From the IMG/VR virus record IMGVR_UViG_3300045988_137693: 56,335 nucleotides of DNA, one strand, 5' to 3'. Origin of the DNA: a virus. Shown piece by piece: positions 1 through 7,824 of this stretch (within the stretch, counting starts at the first letter, position 1; the number at the start of each line of letters is the position of its first letter). The notes under the pieces were generated by a model. It ran no database searches and had not been told where the DNA came from. It saw only the letters and a program-made list of their open reading frames with translations. Position numbers and translations under genes: made by a program.

Positions 1-85
1 ATTTTTTTTTTTCGCGCATGACACATGTCCTTTATTGAAGAAATTCAACAATATCAAAGGAGTAATCATGCTTATCATCGACAAG
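1..85. repeat. Terminal overlap; bases 1-85 are identical to 56251-56335 (circular closure of the assembly or a short terminal redundancy)
   Basis: Read directly: both ends carry a+11t+cgcgcatgacacatgtcctttattgaag...cttatcatcgacaag. Confidence 0.9.
13..42 (+). promoter_or_regulatory. Conserved promoter-like box (CGCG-N12-CCTTTAATGA-GAAC family), copy 1
   Basis: cgcgcatgacacatgtCCTTTATTGAagaa, about 25 nt upstream of the AAAGGAG RBS and ATG at 68. Confidence 0.55.
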
Positions 86-322
86 ATTTTGAACCGAACC
101 GAGTCTTTCACTGCCGATGGGTATTGCAAGGACCAAGATCAAGTGAATACGATTCTTAACACAGTCGGCTCTTTACCGTACGTAAAGAGCTATGACCATG
201 CCATAGTAACGTATCCATTTTACGATCATCCAACCTTGTACATAACCATCACTACGTGGGGACACGGGCGTCGAGATCAAATCGCCAAAAAGATCGCTGA
301 AACCATGTATATTGATGAATGA
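68..322 (+). CDS. Hypothetical early protein (84 aa)
   Basis: ATG 68 lies 6 nt after the aaaggag RBS. The tracked ORF 35..322 starts inside the promoter box, so it was trimmed. Confidence 0.6.
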   Translation: MLIIDKILNRTESFTADGYCKDQDQVNTILNTVGSLPYVKSYDHAIVTYPFYDHPTLYITITTWGHGRRDQIAKKIAETMYIDE

Positions 323-327
323 TCATC

Positions 328-365
328 AAAGCCCAAGTCGCACATGCGGCTTTGGCTTTATATTT
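328..365 (+). terminator. Intrinsic terminator, conserved stem-loop family (AAGCC..GTCGCACATGCGGC..GGCTT + T-run)
   Basis: aaagcccaagtcgcacatgcggctttggctttatattt. Confidence 0.7.
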
Positions 366-370
366 GCAGT

Positions 371-400
371 CGCGAATGAAACATACCCTTTAATGAGAAC
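371..400 (+). promoter_or_regulatory. Conserved promoter-like box, copy 2
   Basis: cgcgaatgaaacatacCCTTTAATGAgaac. Confidence 0.55.
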
Positions 401-425
401 CATACCATCATTAAAGGAGAAAACC

Positions 426-512
426 ATGTTCGCTGGAATTTCCGCCATCGCTATCGCAATCGTTGCTCTCGCTGGAGAGTACTATGTGGTCGCTTTGACG
501 CAAGAACACTGA
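426..512 (+). CDS. Small hydrophobic peptide (28 aa)
   Basis: aaaggag RBS then ATG 426: MFAGISAIAIAIVALAGEYYVVALTQEH. The upstream part of tracked ORF 312..512 spans a terminator and promoter box. Confidence 0.45.
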   Translation: MFAGISAIAIAIVALAGEYYVVALTQEH

Positions 513-625
513 ACACCATTTCCTCTAATCAGGAATGTTCAATAGAAGCAGAGCCATCTGCTTTGCTTCTTGTCCGATGATGCGTATGGTTTATATTTTT
601 TGGGCAAGAGGTTTGATGATGTATT

Positions 626-655
626 CGCGAAAGAATCATGGTCCTTAATGAGAAG
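626..655 (+). promoter_or_regulatory. Conserved promoter-like box, copy 3 (one T shorter)
   Basis: cgcgaaagaatcatggtCCTTAATGAgaag. Confidence 0.5.
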
Positions 656-680
656 CTATATATCAACCAAAGGAGTTATT

Positions 681-785
681 ATGGACCTCATCAAGACTAT
701 TTTCAAGACCGTCGTCTGGGGCGCAATCGCCATCATCGCTATATTCGTTTTTGCGATTGCCCTCATCGTCTGCGGATTGTTCTAG
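681..785 (+). CDS. Small membrane peptide (34 aa)
   Basis: aaaggag RBS then ATG 681: MDLIKTIFKTVVWGAIAIIAIFVFAIALIVCGLF. Confidence 0.5.
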   Translation: MDLIKTIFKTVVWGAIAIIAIFVFAIALIVCGLF

Positions 786-807
786 CTTGATCAATCCTAA
801 TAATGAC

Positions 808-836
808 AAGCCGTTACCCACACGGCTTCTCATTTA
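808..836 (+). terminator. Possible intrinsic terminator
   Basis: Stem aagccgt/acggctt with a 7-nt loop, followed by ctcatttat. Confidence 0.4.
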
Positions 837-908
837 TCCGATATGTCGAGTATAGCCGTAACGTCACGTACCACCACTGAGACCGGACATGGCGTTTATA
901 TTTTTTTT

Positions 909-938
909 CGCGCATGAATCATCGCCTTTAATGACAAC
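909..938 (+). promoter_or_regulatory. Conserved promoter-like box, copy 4
   Basis: cgcgcatgaatcatcgCCTTTAATGAcaac, preceded by a T-run. Confidence 0.55.
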
Positions 939-957
939 ATAACCGAAAGGAGCAAAC

Positions 958-1353
958 ATGTCCAATCAATCAAAGAGCATTAATCAGAAGTTCGATGAAC
1001 AGATCAATGCGTATTTGGATCGTCTCAAGGAGGAGATGAATCCGGAGAACGAATCCGATTTGAACGACGATTTGACAAGGACTTCCGAAGTCACAAGAGA
1101 CACTCTTGATGGCGACGGCAACGTCACGAGTTCGGTTGTGGAACGTCACGATGAAATGACGAACCACAATCTGGAATCGCTGAAGTCGCTGGTCGCCGTC
1201 AAGAACGACTATAATGACCATCAGAAGAGCCTGATCGAAACCGTCGTGAAAGCCGGAGTCTCGCTCGCTGGAATCGTCATCCTGCTGGGATTCGAAGCAA
1301 ATCATACCATCAGTTCAAGAAGTCTCGGGTTTCTGCCCAAACCGAAGATCTGA
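958..1353 (+). CDS. Hypothetical protein, acidic N-terminal part with a C-terminal transmembrane segment
   Basis: 131-aa ORF, aaaggag RBS, hydrophobic stretch VVKAGVSLAGIVILLGF. Confidence 0.65.
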   Translation: MSNQSKSINQKFDEQINAYLDRLKEEMNPENESDLNDDLTRTSEVTRDTLDGDGNVTSSVVERHDEMTNHNLESLKSLVAVKNDYNDHQKSLIETVVKAGVSLAGIVILLGFEANHTISSRSLGFLPKPKI

Positions 1354-1378
1354 CATGTAATCTATAGGATTACGTCAT

Positions 1379-1414
1379 AGCCTGAGTCGCACATGCGGCT
1401 TTGGCTTTTTTTTT
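1379..1414 (+). terminator. Intrinsic terminator, conserved stem-loop family
   Basis: agcctgagtcgcacatgcggctttggct followed by t9. Confidence 0.75.
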
Positions 1415-1496
1415 CGATGCCAAGAGCATATTATGTTCATCGTCATTGCCGCGTTCATTTTTCGCGATTGTCCTCATCAGCACCTGTCCATGGCGC

Positions 1497-1526
1497 CGCG
1501 ATTCATCCATGTCCTTTAATGACCGA
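1497..1526 (+). promoter_or_regulatory. Conserved promoter-like box, copy 5
   Basis: cgcgattcatccatgtCCTTTAATGAccga. Confidence 0.5.
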
Positions 1527-1549
1527 ATAATCTACAAAAAAGGAGAAAC

Positions 1550-1816
1550 ATGGATATCAAGACAACATCCAAGAATCTGTTCGGCACCGCAAAGGACCGC
1601 GTCAAGGAACTTTGGGACAAAGAACAGGAAGAGGACAATGTTGATCTCGTGATCCGTCGTCTCAACGAAGGATATTACGATCAACTGCCGAATGGCCAAG
1701 AACGCAAACACCATGCTGTGTGTATTGTCATGGACAAGCTCGGAACCGCAAGTCTACAGCTTGACGTCGTACGACGTTATCTGAAAGCATTGTCGGACCA
1801 AGCCTACCACGACTGA
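1550..1816 (+). CDS. Hypothetical protein (88 aa)
   Basis: ORF with aaaaggag RBS. Confidence 0.65.
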   Translation: MDIKTTSKNLFGTAKDRVKELWDKEQEEDNVDLVIRRLNEGYYDQLPNGQERKHHAVCIVMDKLGTASLQLDVVRRYLKALSDQAYHD

Positions 1817-1826
1817 CACATTGCTG

Positions 1827-1860
1827 GCGAATGACACTTGGCCATTCGCTTTTTATTTTT
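1827..1860 (+). terminator. Intrinsic terminator
   Basis: Stem gcgaatg/cattcgc, then tttttattttt. Confidence 0.65.
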
Positions 1861-1871
1861 AGGAGTAAACC

Positions 1872-2129
1872 ATGGCAAGAAGACCAGTCGGACGACTTAA
1901 TTTCACTCGCAAATATCATAACAAGATATCGCCTCATATTTCAGGACCAAAAATCGCTCTGAATATGCTCTATGCTTGGATGCTTGGACGTGATATTCCT
2001 TGCAGACTATATGAGCGTCGCATTGATATTCCGATTGAAGCCTGGGAAGAGTACGATGTTCAGATTATGGACGGACTTGACGCGATCGACAATATATTCC
2101 ATGCCAATTTCCAGGTAAGGAAGTGGTAA
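1872..2129 (+). CDS. Hypothetical protein (85 aa)
   Basis: ORF with taggag RBS. Confidence 0.6.
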   Translation: MARRPVGRLNFTRKYHNKISPHISGPKIALNMLYAWMLGRDIPCRLYERRIDIPIEAWEEYDVQIMDGLDAIDNIFHANFQVRKW

Positions 2130-2130
2130 T

Positions 2131-2802
2131 ATGACCGGTGCTTATACCAATCATATCGTCCTTCTCGGCAAGCAGGGTTCCGGTAAGACGTCCATCGCCG
2201 AAGAACTTGCTCGTCGAGGGTTTCAGCGCGTCGTATCGGTGACCACACGTCCTCCTCGTGACAATGAAGAGGATGGTGTCGATTACTGGTTCGTGGACGA
2301 TGCCGAATTCGATGCTGCTTTGCCGGATTTGGTGGCCGTTCGAGAATACCGGACCGTATTCGGTACGTGGCGTTACGGCGTGAATCTTCAGGATATCAAT
2401 GCTGATGACGACACTGTGACTATTCTCGATCCGACTGGATATTTGACCATTAAAGACCGCATCACCGATCGATTCGGAGTCTATCTGCATATCGACGACA
2501 ATATTCGATATCAAAGACTGCTCCTTCGAGGAGACGATCCGGAGGAAATCAGTCGTAGGGAACGCGACGATGCCGCCCAGTTCGCCGTACTCGAAGAACG
2601 GCTTACCGATGTCGTGGACATGATGTCCAATGGCAAACGATGGGTCAATTTCGAGGAATTCTCGAAAGGTGGATACGATACCAGTCGAACCGTGACCGAA
2701 GAAACCGATCGGATTCTACGATATATGAACGCGTTCAATCGCGGAGAAATTAATTATGAACGAGCGCCACAACCGGTGTTCAATCATGATCCGGAATTCT
2801 GA
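2131..2802 (+). CDS. Guanylate-kinase-like nucleotide kinase (P-loop)
   Basis: GKQGSGKTS P-loop, then VSVTTRPPRDNEEDGVDYWFV and WRYGV, the pattern of the guanylate kinase family. Confidence 0.65.
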   Translation: MTGAYTNHIVLLGKQGSGKTSIAEELARRGFQRVVSVTTRPPRDNEEDGVDYWFVDDAEFDAALPDLVAVREYRTVFGTWRYGVNLQDINADDDTVTILDPTGYLTIKDRITDRFGVYLHIDDNIRYQRLLLRGDDPEEISRRERDDAAQFAVLEERLTDVVDMMSNGKRWVNFEEFSKGGYDTSRTVTEETDRILRYMNAFNRGEINYERAPQPVFNHDPEF

Positions 2803-2822
2803 TCATAACTAAGGAGCAAAAC

Positions 2823-2993
2823 ATGAGAAATAAAATCGAATTGTATCGTGAAGCACGACTCTGGATTACCAAGGTCATTATCCCATTGGCTGGAATGGCG
2901 ACATTATATTTCAGCAATCCTGACAATCGTGCCGACTTCAAAACTCGTTTTCTGAAATCAAGACTTGAAAAGAAATTTGGAGGTTTATTATGA
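2823..2993 (+). CDS. Small hypothetical protein (56 aa, one hydrophobic segment)
   Basis: Below the ORF-track cutoff. aaggag RBS, ATG 2823, ATGA overlap with the next gene. Confidence 0.45.
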   Translation: MRNKIELYREARLWITKVIIPLAGMATLYFSNPDNRADFKTRFLKSRLEKKFGGLL

Positions 2994-3376
2994 GTTGGGA
3001 TAACCCGAAAGAATACGGCGTATATTTAAGCGAAGGCGAGCAGGAAGTCCATTTTCCCATCGGATTGGCTTTCGATAGCGAGCAAATTCCTGAAGGAAAA
3101 CAGGCTCCGCTCAAGACACTCGAAGAAGCGGCCGAATTGACGGAAGCAATCAAAGACCAGCTGAAAGGACAGAATGATCCAGAAGCCGATTATGAATCGC
3201 TTCGTCAGCATTCCCTCGAAGAATTCTGCGATGTATACCAGACGTTGGTGAACATCGCATTCGCTTTCGGATTTTCCCAGACCGAGATCGAGGACGCTTA
3301 TATGAAGAATGTTCGTCGTAACGATGAACGAGGACGTTATCCTTCAAATGAATTGGAGGAAAGTTGGCTTGGCTGA
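2990..3376 (+). CDS. Possible MazG-like / all-alpha NTP pyrophosphohydrolase
   Basis: EEFCDVYQTLVNIAFAFGFSQTEIEDAYMKNVRRNDERG resembles the C-terminal helix pair of MazG-type enzymes. Weak call made by eye. Confidence 0.4.
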   Translation: MSWDNPKEYGVYLSEGEQEVHFPIGLAFDSEQIPEGKQAPLKTLEEAAELTEAIKDQLKGQNDPEADYESLRQHSLEEFCDVYQTLVNIAFAFGFSQTEIEDAYMKNVRRNDERGRYPSNELEESWLG

Positions 3377-3603
3377 AACAGTACTTCCAGATCGGTTACG
3401 TTACGGTGGTTAAGGCATATGCCAAAACCATTGCCGCCGAATGCAAGCTGTTAGGCGCGATCTATAATTCAGGTCACGTTAAAAACGTGATGATCATGAA
3501 TCGCGAATCCGATGGCGTATACACCATACGAGTCGAAACCAGTGTGCTTACGACCCCATTCGTCTTGCGGAAAAGGATCGCCAAACAACTGGCGGAGTTC
3601 TAG
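3364..3603 (+). CDS. Hypothetical protein (79 aa); TTG start is uncertain
   Basis: ORF follows a ggagga RBS with only a 3-nt spacer. Confidence 0.4.
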   Translation: MAWLKQYFQIGYVTVVKAYAKTIAAECKLLGAIYNSGHVKNVMIMNRESDGVYTIRVETSVLTTPFVLRKRIAKQLAEF

Positions 3604-3613
3604 ACGCTGTAAA

Positions 3614-3643
3614 CGCGAACCATACATCCCCCTTAATGAGAAC
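3614..3643 (+). promoter_or_regulatory. Conserved promoter-like box, copy 6
   Basis: cgcgaaccatacatccCCCTTAATGAgaac. Confidence 0.55.
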
Positions 3644-3671
3644 CATACACAACCTAATGAAAGGAAAAATC

Positions 3672-3929
3672 ATGGAAGATCAGAACAAGGAAACCACCGA
3701 AGTCGTCGAGACCGAGGAGAAGAAGCCCAACAAGATCGTCCAGTTCGTCAAAGATCATAAGGACCGTATCAGGGATATCACCATTGGAGCCGCTGCCGCC
3801 GCAGGACTCGCATTGCTGATTCACCTGGGAAAGTCCGAAGATGTTGACGATGAGGACGACGATTGGGACTATTCCTCATCCGACGAATCGAATTCCAACG
3901 CTGAATCCACAGATTCCTCGCAAGAGTGA
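3672..3929 (+). CDS. Hypothetical acidic protein with a central transmembrane segment
   Basis: ATG 3672 after an aaaggaa RBS; ITIGAAAAAGLALLIHL, then an acidic DDEDDDWDYSSSDES tail. Confidence 0.6.
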   Translation: MEDQNKETTEVVETEEKKPNKIVQFVKDHKDRIRDITIGAAAAAGLALLIHLGKSEDVDDEDDDWDYSSSDESNSNAESTDSSQE

Positions 3930-3939
3930 ATTGTTCTAC

Positions 3940-3977
3940 AAGCCTGAGTCGCACATGCGGCTTTGGCTTTATATTTT
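3940..3977 (+). terminator. Intrinsic terminator, conserved stem-loop family
   Basis: aagcctgagtcgcacatgcggctttggctttatatttt. Confidence 0.75.
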
Positions 3978-4001
3978 CGATCGTTCATAAGAAAGGTTGT
4001 T

Positions 4002-4757
4002 ATGGTGAGTAATATCATCACCAACGGACGAAAATTTCTTGGAAGAAACTCCCATACGATTCTCGCAGGCACGGCAGTGGTTGGTGTGATCGGAACCGCC
4101 GTTATGGCGTCACGAGATACCATTCAGGCGAATGATCGTCTGCTGGAGTATCGCATGGAGCTCGATGGCAAGCCATATGACAAGAAGGAGCTCGTCAAAC
4201 GAGTTGCTCCATGTTATATTCCGACCGCGTTGACGGTCGGTGCGACGATCACCGCGATTATCGGCGCCCACCAGACCGCCACACATAAGATCATCGCGTA
4301 TTCCTCGGCATATACCATGGCCCAGGAAGCCGCGACCATCTATCGTGATAAGGTGCACGAGATCGTTGGCGAAAAGAAAGCCAAGGAAATCGAAGCGGCC
4401 GTAGCCAAGGACCAGATCGCCAAATCCAAAGACGACGCTTCGGCCGTGGTCATCGGCGACGGCAATGTGCTGTGCATGGACGGATTCAGCGGACGGTTCT
4501 TCCCGTCGACACTGGAGAAGATCCGCAAGGCCCAGAATGACGTCAATTACAAGATGAATGCTGAAATGTATGCATCGTTGAATGACTTCTATGAGGCCTT
4601 GGATCTGCCGTATATCGGTTGTGGTGATGATCTCGGTTGGACGTCGGAACATCCGATCGAACTGAGTTTCAGCACTACACTGACCCCTGATGGGAAACCG
4701 GCACTTGTGGTGAATTTCCACGAATCGCCGATGGCTGACTATCGCAATCTTATTTGA
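4002..4757 (+). CDS. Membrane-anchored protein, paralog A of the 6844..7758 product
   Basis: N-terminal TM segment (ILAGTAVVGVIGTAVMA). Shared blocks with 6844..7758 include SLNDFYEALDLP...LGWT versus FLNDVYRLLGLP...LGWI. Confidence 0.7.
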   Translation: MVSNIITNGRKFLGRNSHTILAGTAVVGVIGTAVMASRDTIQANDRLLEYRMELDGKPYDKKELVKRVAPCYIPTALTVGATITAIIGAHQTATHKIIAYSSAYTMAQEAATIYRDKVHEIVGEKKAKEIEAAVAKDQIAKSKDDASAVVIGDGNVLCMDGFSGRFFPSTLEKIRKAQNDVNYKMNAEMYASLNDFYEALDLPYIGCGDDLGWTSEHPIELSFSTTLTPDGKPALVVNFHESPMADYRNLI

Positions 4758-4777
4758 GTATCAACAAGGAGCAAATC

Positions 4778-5041
4778 ATGTCTTATATTTCCCTACTCGC
4801 CCAAGCCGGTAAAGCAGCGGCTCCATATCTGAAGCCTCTTGGCATCCAATTGGGCAAATCCATCTGTACGGGTGTACTTACTCAGCTTGCGGGTAAGTAT
4901 GCATTCCGTATAACCGGGGACCATATTCTGGCGCAACGCGATCGCGATATTCGCGAAGCGGTGAAACAGGATATGGAACTCAAACAACTCATGGCTGAAC
5001 AAAAGATCGCCATGGCAAACCAACGACAGGAGGAAAACTAA
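4778..5041 (+). CDS. Hypothetical protein (87 aa)
   Basis: aaggag RBS then ATG 4778. Confidence 0.6.
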   Translation: MSYISLLAQAGKAAAPYLKPLGIQLGKSICTGVLTQLAGKYAFRITGDHILAQRDRDIREAVKQDMELKQLMAEQKIAMANQRQEEN

Positions 5042-5042
5042 C

Positions 5043-5501
5043 ATGATCAAGGAAACCATTTCTTACGAGGACATCGACGGCAACAGCAAGACCATGGATG
5101 CATATTTCCATCTCACCATGCGTGAAATGCGTCAACTGCTGAAGGACGGCATCCAGGACAAGCTTGATGCAGTGACTTCCGGCAAGGCCTCTACGGATAC
5201 CATGTTCGATCTGATCGATGAGCTGATCAAGGCATCGTACGGCAAGCGAATCGAAGACAACGGCGAAGCGCATTTCGTGAAGAACCCGGAACTCACCGAG
5301 ATCTTCATGCAGTCCGATGCATACGACAGTCTGTTGGGCAAGTTGATGTCCGATGACACGTTCGCAACGCGATTCTTCACTGGTCTGGTGCCGAAGGCAT
5401 TGTCCGATCGCCTGAACGCTATCGGGAATGGTGCGACTCAGAACACACTCCCTCCCGAAGCGGCGAAGTATCTCGCTCAGTTGAACCAGCAGAATAACTG
5501 A
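5043..5501 (+). CDS. Hypothetical protein (152 aa)
   Basis: ORF tightly coupled to the previous gene. Confidence 0.7.
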   Translation: MIKETISYEDIDGNSKTMDAYFHLTMREMRQLLKDGIQDKLDAVTSGKASTDTMFDLIDELIKASYGKRIEDNGEAHFVKNPELTEIFMQSDAYDSLLGKLMSDDTFATRFFTGLVPKALSDRLNAIGNGATQNTLPPEAAKYLAQLNQQNN

Positions 5502-5581
5502 TTCTCATATATTAAGCAATGAGGAAAGAGTTCGGACGATGTCTGGGCTCTTTCCTTGCATATTTCGAAAGGACAAAGAGC

Positions 5582-6220
5582 ATGGCAGAAGACGATCGCA
5601 AGCCGTTAGTCGTCGATGTCTCTCGACAGAACCTGGGTCTTCCGGAATCCAAAGAAGCGCCAAAGAAAGCCGCGGTCGCCCATGGCAAACTCAAAGAGGA
5701 TACCATGGTCGAGAAGGGTGTGAAGCGCTTCTTCGGAGGTGATCCGAAAGACGTCATGATGTATATGCTGACCGATGTGCTGGTGCCGGCACTCAAGGAC
5801 ACATTCGTCGATATGGTCATCGGCGGAACGAAACGAATGGTATACGGCATGGGTGCATCTGATTATCGCCCGACCAGTCCTCGATTGGTTCGACGCGATA
5901 ACCCGAGCTATTCACAGAACACGAATTATAACGCCATGTCGAGCAATCGACGTGTGATTGATAGCACGGTTCGTGAACGCCACGATTTCAGCAAAGTCGT
6001 ATTTCCAGACAGACCGTCGGCTGAAAATGTCCTGACGGCCATGAACGACTATATTCAACAATATGGCGTCGTTCGGGTAAAGGACTTCTACGAATTTGCC
6101 GGAATCACCGCTGAATATACCGATCAGAACTGGGGCTGGCATGACATTCGTGGTAGCCGTGTTCGATCGATCTATGGCGGATATATCGTGGAACTTCCAC
6201 CTACGGAGCACCTGCAATGA
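5582..6220 (+). CDS. Hypothetical protein (212 aa)
   Basis: ATG 5582 after an aaagga RBS. Confidence 0.65.
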   Translation: MAEDDRKPLVVDVSRQNLGLPESKEAPKKAAVAHGKLKEDTMVEKGVKRFFGGDPKDVMMYMLTDVLVPALKDTFVDMVIGGTKRMVYGMGASDYRPTSPRLVRRDNPSYSQNTNYNAMSSNRRVIDSTVRERHDFSKVVFPDRPSAENVLTAMNDYIQQYGVVRVKDFYEFAGITAEYTDQNWGWHDIRGSRVRSIYGGYIVELPPTEHLQ

Positions 6221-6387
6221 GCGACCGGGACGAGCTGAGGAACTGGTATTCGAATCCGTCATGGGCACGTAAAGTCGATAAAATGACAGACGAGCAAATA
6301 CCGATCGTGCTCAAACGAGTACGAGCAATCAAAGAGCAAGCGAGGAACGATCAAAATGGCATATCCAATCACAGACGGCATCGATGA
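6217..6387 (+). CDS. Small hypothetical protein (56 aa)
   Basis: Below the track cutoff; ATGA overlap with the previous stop; overlaps the next gene by 32 nt. Confidence 0.4.
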   Translation: MSDRDELRNWYSNPSWARKVDKMTDEQIPIVLKRVRAIKEQARNDQNGISNHRRHR

Positions 6388-6643
6388 CACCGATCATCAG
6401 ATGCTACTGACTGTCGACGATATTCGGGAGTCCGATCGAGCCAGAACAATATCCATGATTAATCGAACATGGTTACATCGCCTGTTTCGACATTTTCCGG
6501 AGATAGCGAACTTGACGATTGATATCACTATTGATTGGCCGGGACGATTGCCGAATACGGCCGTGATCACAACCAGGGATGGACGGAAATATCTATATAC
6601 GTCCGATCCGAATCATGATTTCGGCACGATCGAGGAGATATGA
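6356..6643 (+). CDS. Hypothetical protein (95 aa)
   Basis: ORF with gaggaa RBS. Confidence 0.6.
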   Translation: MAYPITDGIDDTDHQMLLTVDDIRESDRARTISMINRTWLHRLFRHFPEIANLTIDITIDWPGRLPNTAVITTRDGRKYLYTSDPNHDFGTIEEI

Positions 6644-6834
6644 TGGATCATTTTCTTGCCATGGTGAAATTCCAACAGCTTTTCCCGGAACTCTCGGAGC
6701 GAGTTCAGAAATACCGCCGAATAGATAACCATACGGCATTGATCATATTATTCAGCGGAGCACACTATGTGTTTCGCTGGGAATCAACCAAAAAGTGGAC
6801 TCTGCAAACCGAGTTCGCCTACAACAACAAATAA
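6640..6834 (+). CDS. Hypothetical protein (64 aa)
   Basis: ATGA-coupled ORF. Confidence 0.55.
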   Translation: MMDHFLAMVKFQQLFPELSERVQKYRRIDNHTALIILFSGAHYVFRWESTKKWTLQTEFAYNNK

Positions 6835-6843
6835 GGAGCAAAC

Positions 6844-7758
6844 ATGTCCGTTAAAAGTACATTGGTCAAAACCGCAGCTAAGAGCGGTCTCTTTCTGAAG
6901 AAACATAGCCCGGAAATCCTGACCTATTCTGGTCTGGTACTTGGCGTCGCCGCAACCGTCACCGCATGTCGGTCGACCATGCATATCGATGACGTGAAGA
7001 AGAATCATGAAACCGAGATGAGCCGCGTCGAAACCCTCGAAAAGATGGTGGACAACGGCGAGCTCGATGACGGCGATTTCACGGTCAATGAAGCGGCTTC
7101 GTCGAAGCAGATCATCTACATGCGTACCACCGTGGCTTATGCGAAGCTCTATGCTCCGACCATTATTCTGACCGGACTGAGCATCGCCTGCATTCTGTCG
7201 GCACACAACATCCTCCAGACTCGATACACGGCTGTGGCTTCGGCATTCGCTGCTGTAACCGCCAAGTTCAGCGATTACCGCGAACGTGTCGTAGCCCAGT
7301 ATGGCGAAGAGGTCGATCAGAAGTTCTATCAGAACATCGACACCGTCGAAGTCGCCGACGACAAAGGCAAGGTCATCGAGACCAAGAAGGAGCAGAACGT
7401 CCAGACACTGAGCCCGACCGATAAATGGTTCGGACCGGATTCTCAGATCTGGGATAACGAATCCCCGGATATGAATACCGTGATGCTGAAGTCCGCACTG
7501 GATCGTGCTCAGAACAAGCTCGATTACACCGGACATCTGTTCCTGAACGATGTCTATCGTCTGCTCGGTCTTCCTGATACCAAGGAAGGCGCCGTGCTCG
7601 GTTGGATCAATACGCCTGATCGCGATTCGATTGTCGACTTCGGCGTGTTCGGTTGCAGCGATGATCCCTGGGACAATGTCAAGGATTGCCCGTGGGATGG
7701 CAAGGAAGAGATCCTGCTTCAGTTCAACTGCGACGGCATCGTCTACGATCAGATCTGA
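6844..7758 (+). CDS. Membrane-anchored protein, paralog B of the 4002..4757 product
   Basis: N-terminal TM segment (ILTYSGLVLGVAATVTA) and conserved blocks shared with 4002..4757. Confidence 0.7.
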   Translation: MSVKSTLVKTAAKSGLFLKKHSPEILTYSGLVLGVAATVTACRSTMHIDDVKKNHETEMSRVETLEKMVDNGELDDGDFTVNEAASSKQIIYMRTTVAYAKLYAPTIILTGLSIACILSAHNILQTRYTAVASAFAAVTAKFSDYRERVVAQYGEEVDQKFYQNIDTVEVADDKGKVIETKKEQNVQTLSPTDKWFGPDSQIWDNESPDMNTVMLKSALDRAQNKLDYTGHLFLNDVYRLLGLPDTKEGAVLGWINTPDRDSIVDFGVFGCSDDPWDNVKDCPWDGKEEILLQFNCDGIVYDQI

Positions 7759-7774
7759 TCGTTATATTCAATAT

Positions 7775-7812
7775 GGGAGCGTCATTGGAATCGTGGCGCT
7801 CCCTTTTTTATT
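7775..7812 (+). terminator. Intrinsic terminator
   Basis: Stem gggagcg/cgctccc, then ttttttatt. Confidence 0.7.
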
Positions 7813-7824
7813 AAGGAGAAAATC

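Noticed and set aside
312-512. N-terminal extensions of tracked ORFs 35..322, 312..512, 570..785, 3636..3929, 3963..4757 and 55931..56218
   Set aside because: The extensions run through terminator hairpins and the conserved promoter boxes. In every case an ATG with a proper AAAGGAG-type RBS lies further downstream, so the shorter starts were used.
541-551. 11-bp match TCAATAGAAGC shared between 540-550 and 14516-14526
   Set aside because: Hundreds of chance 11-mer matches are expected in a 56-kb sequence, and there is no extended similarity around either copy.
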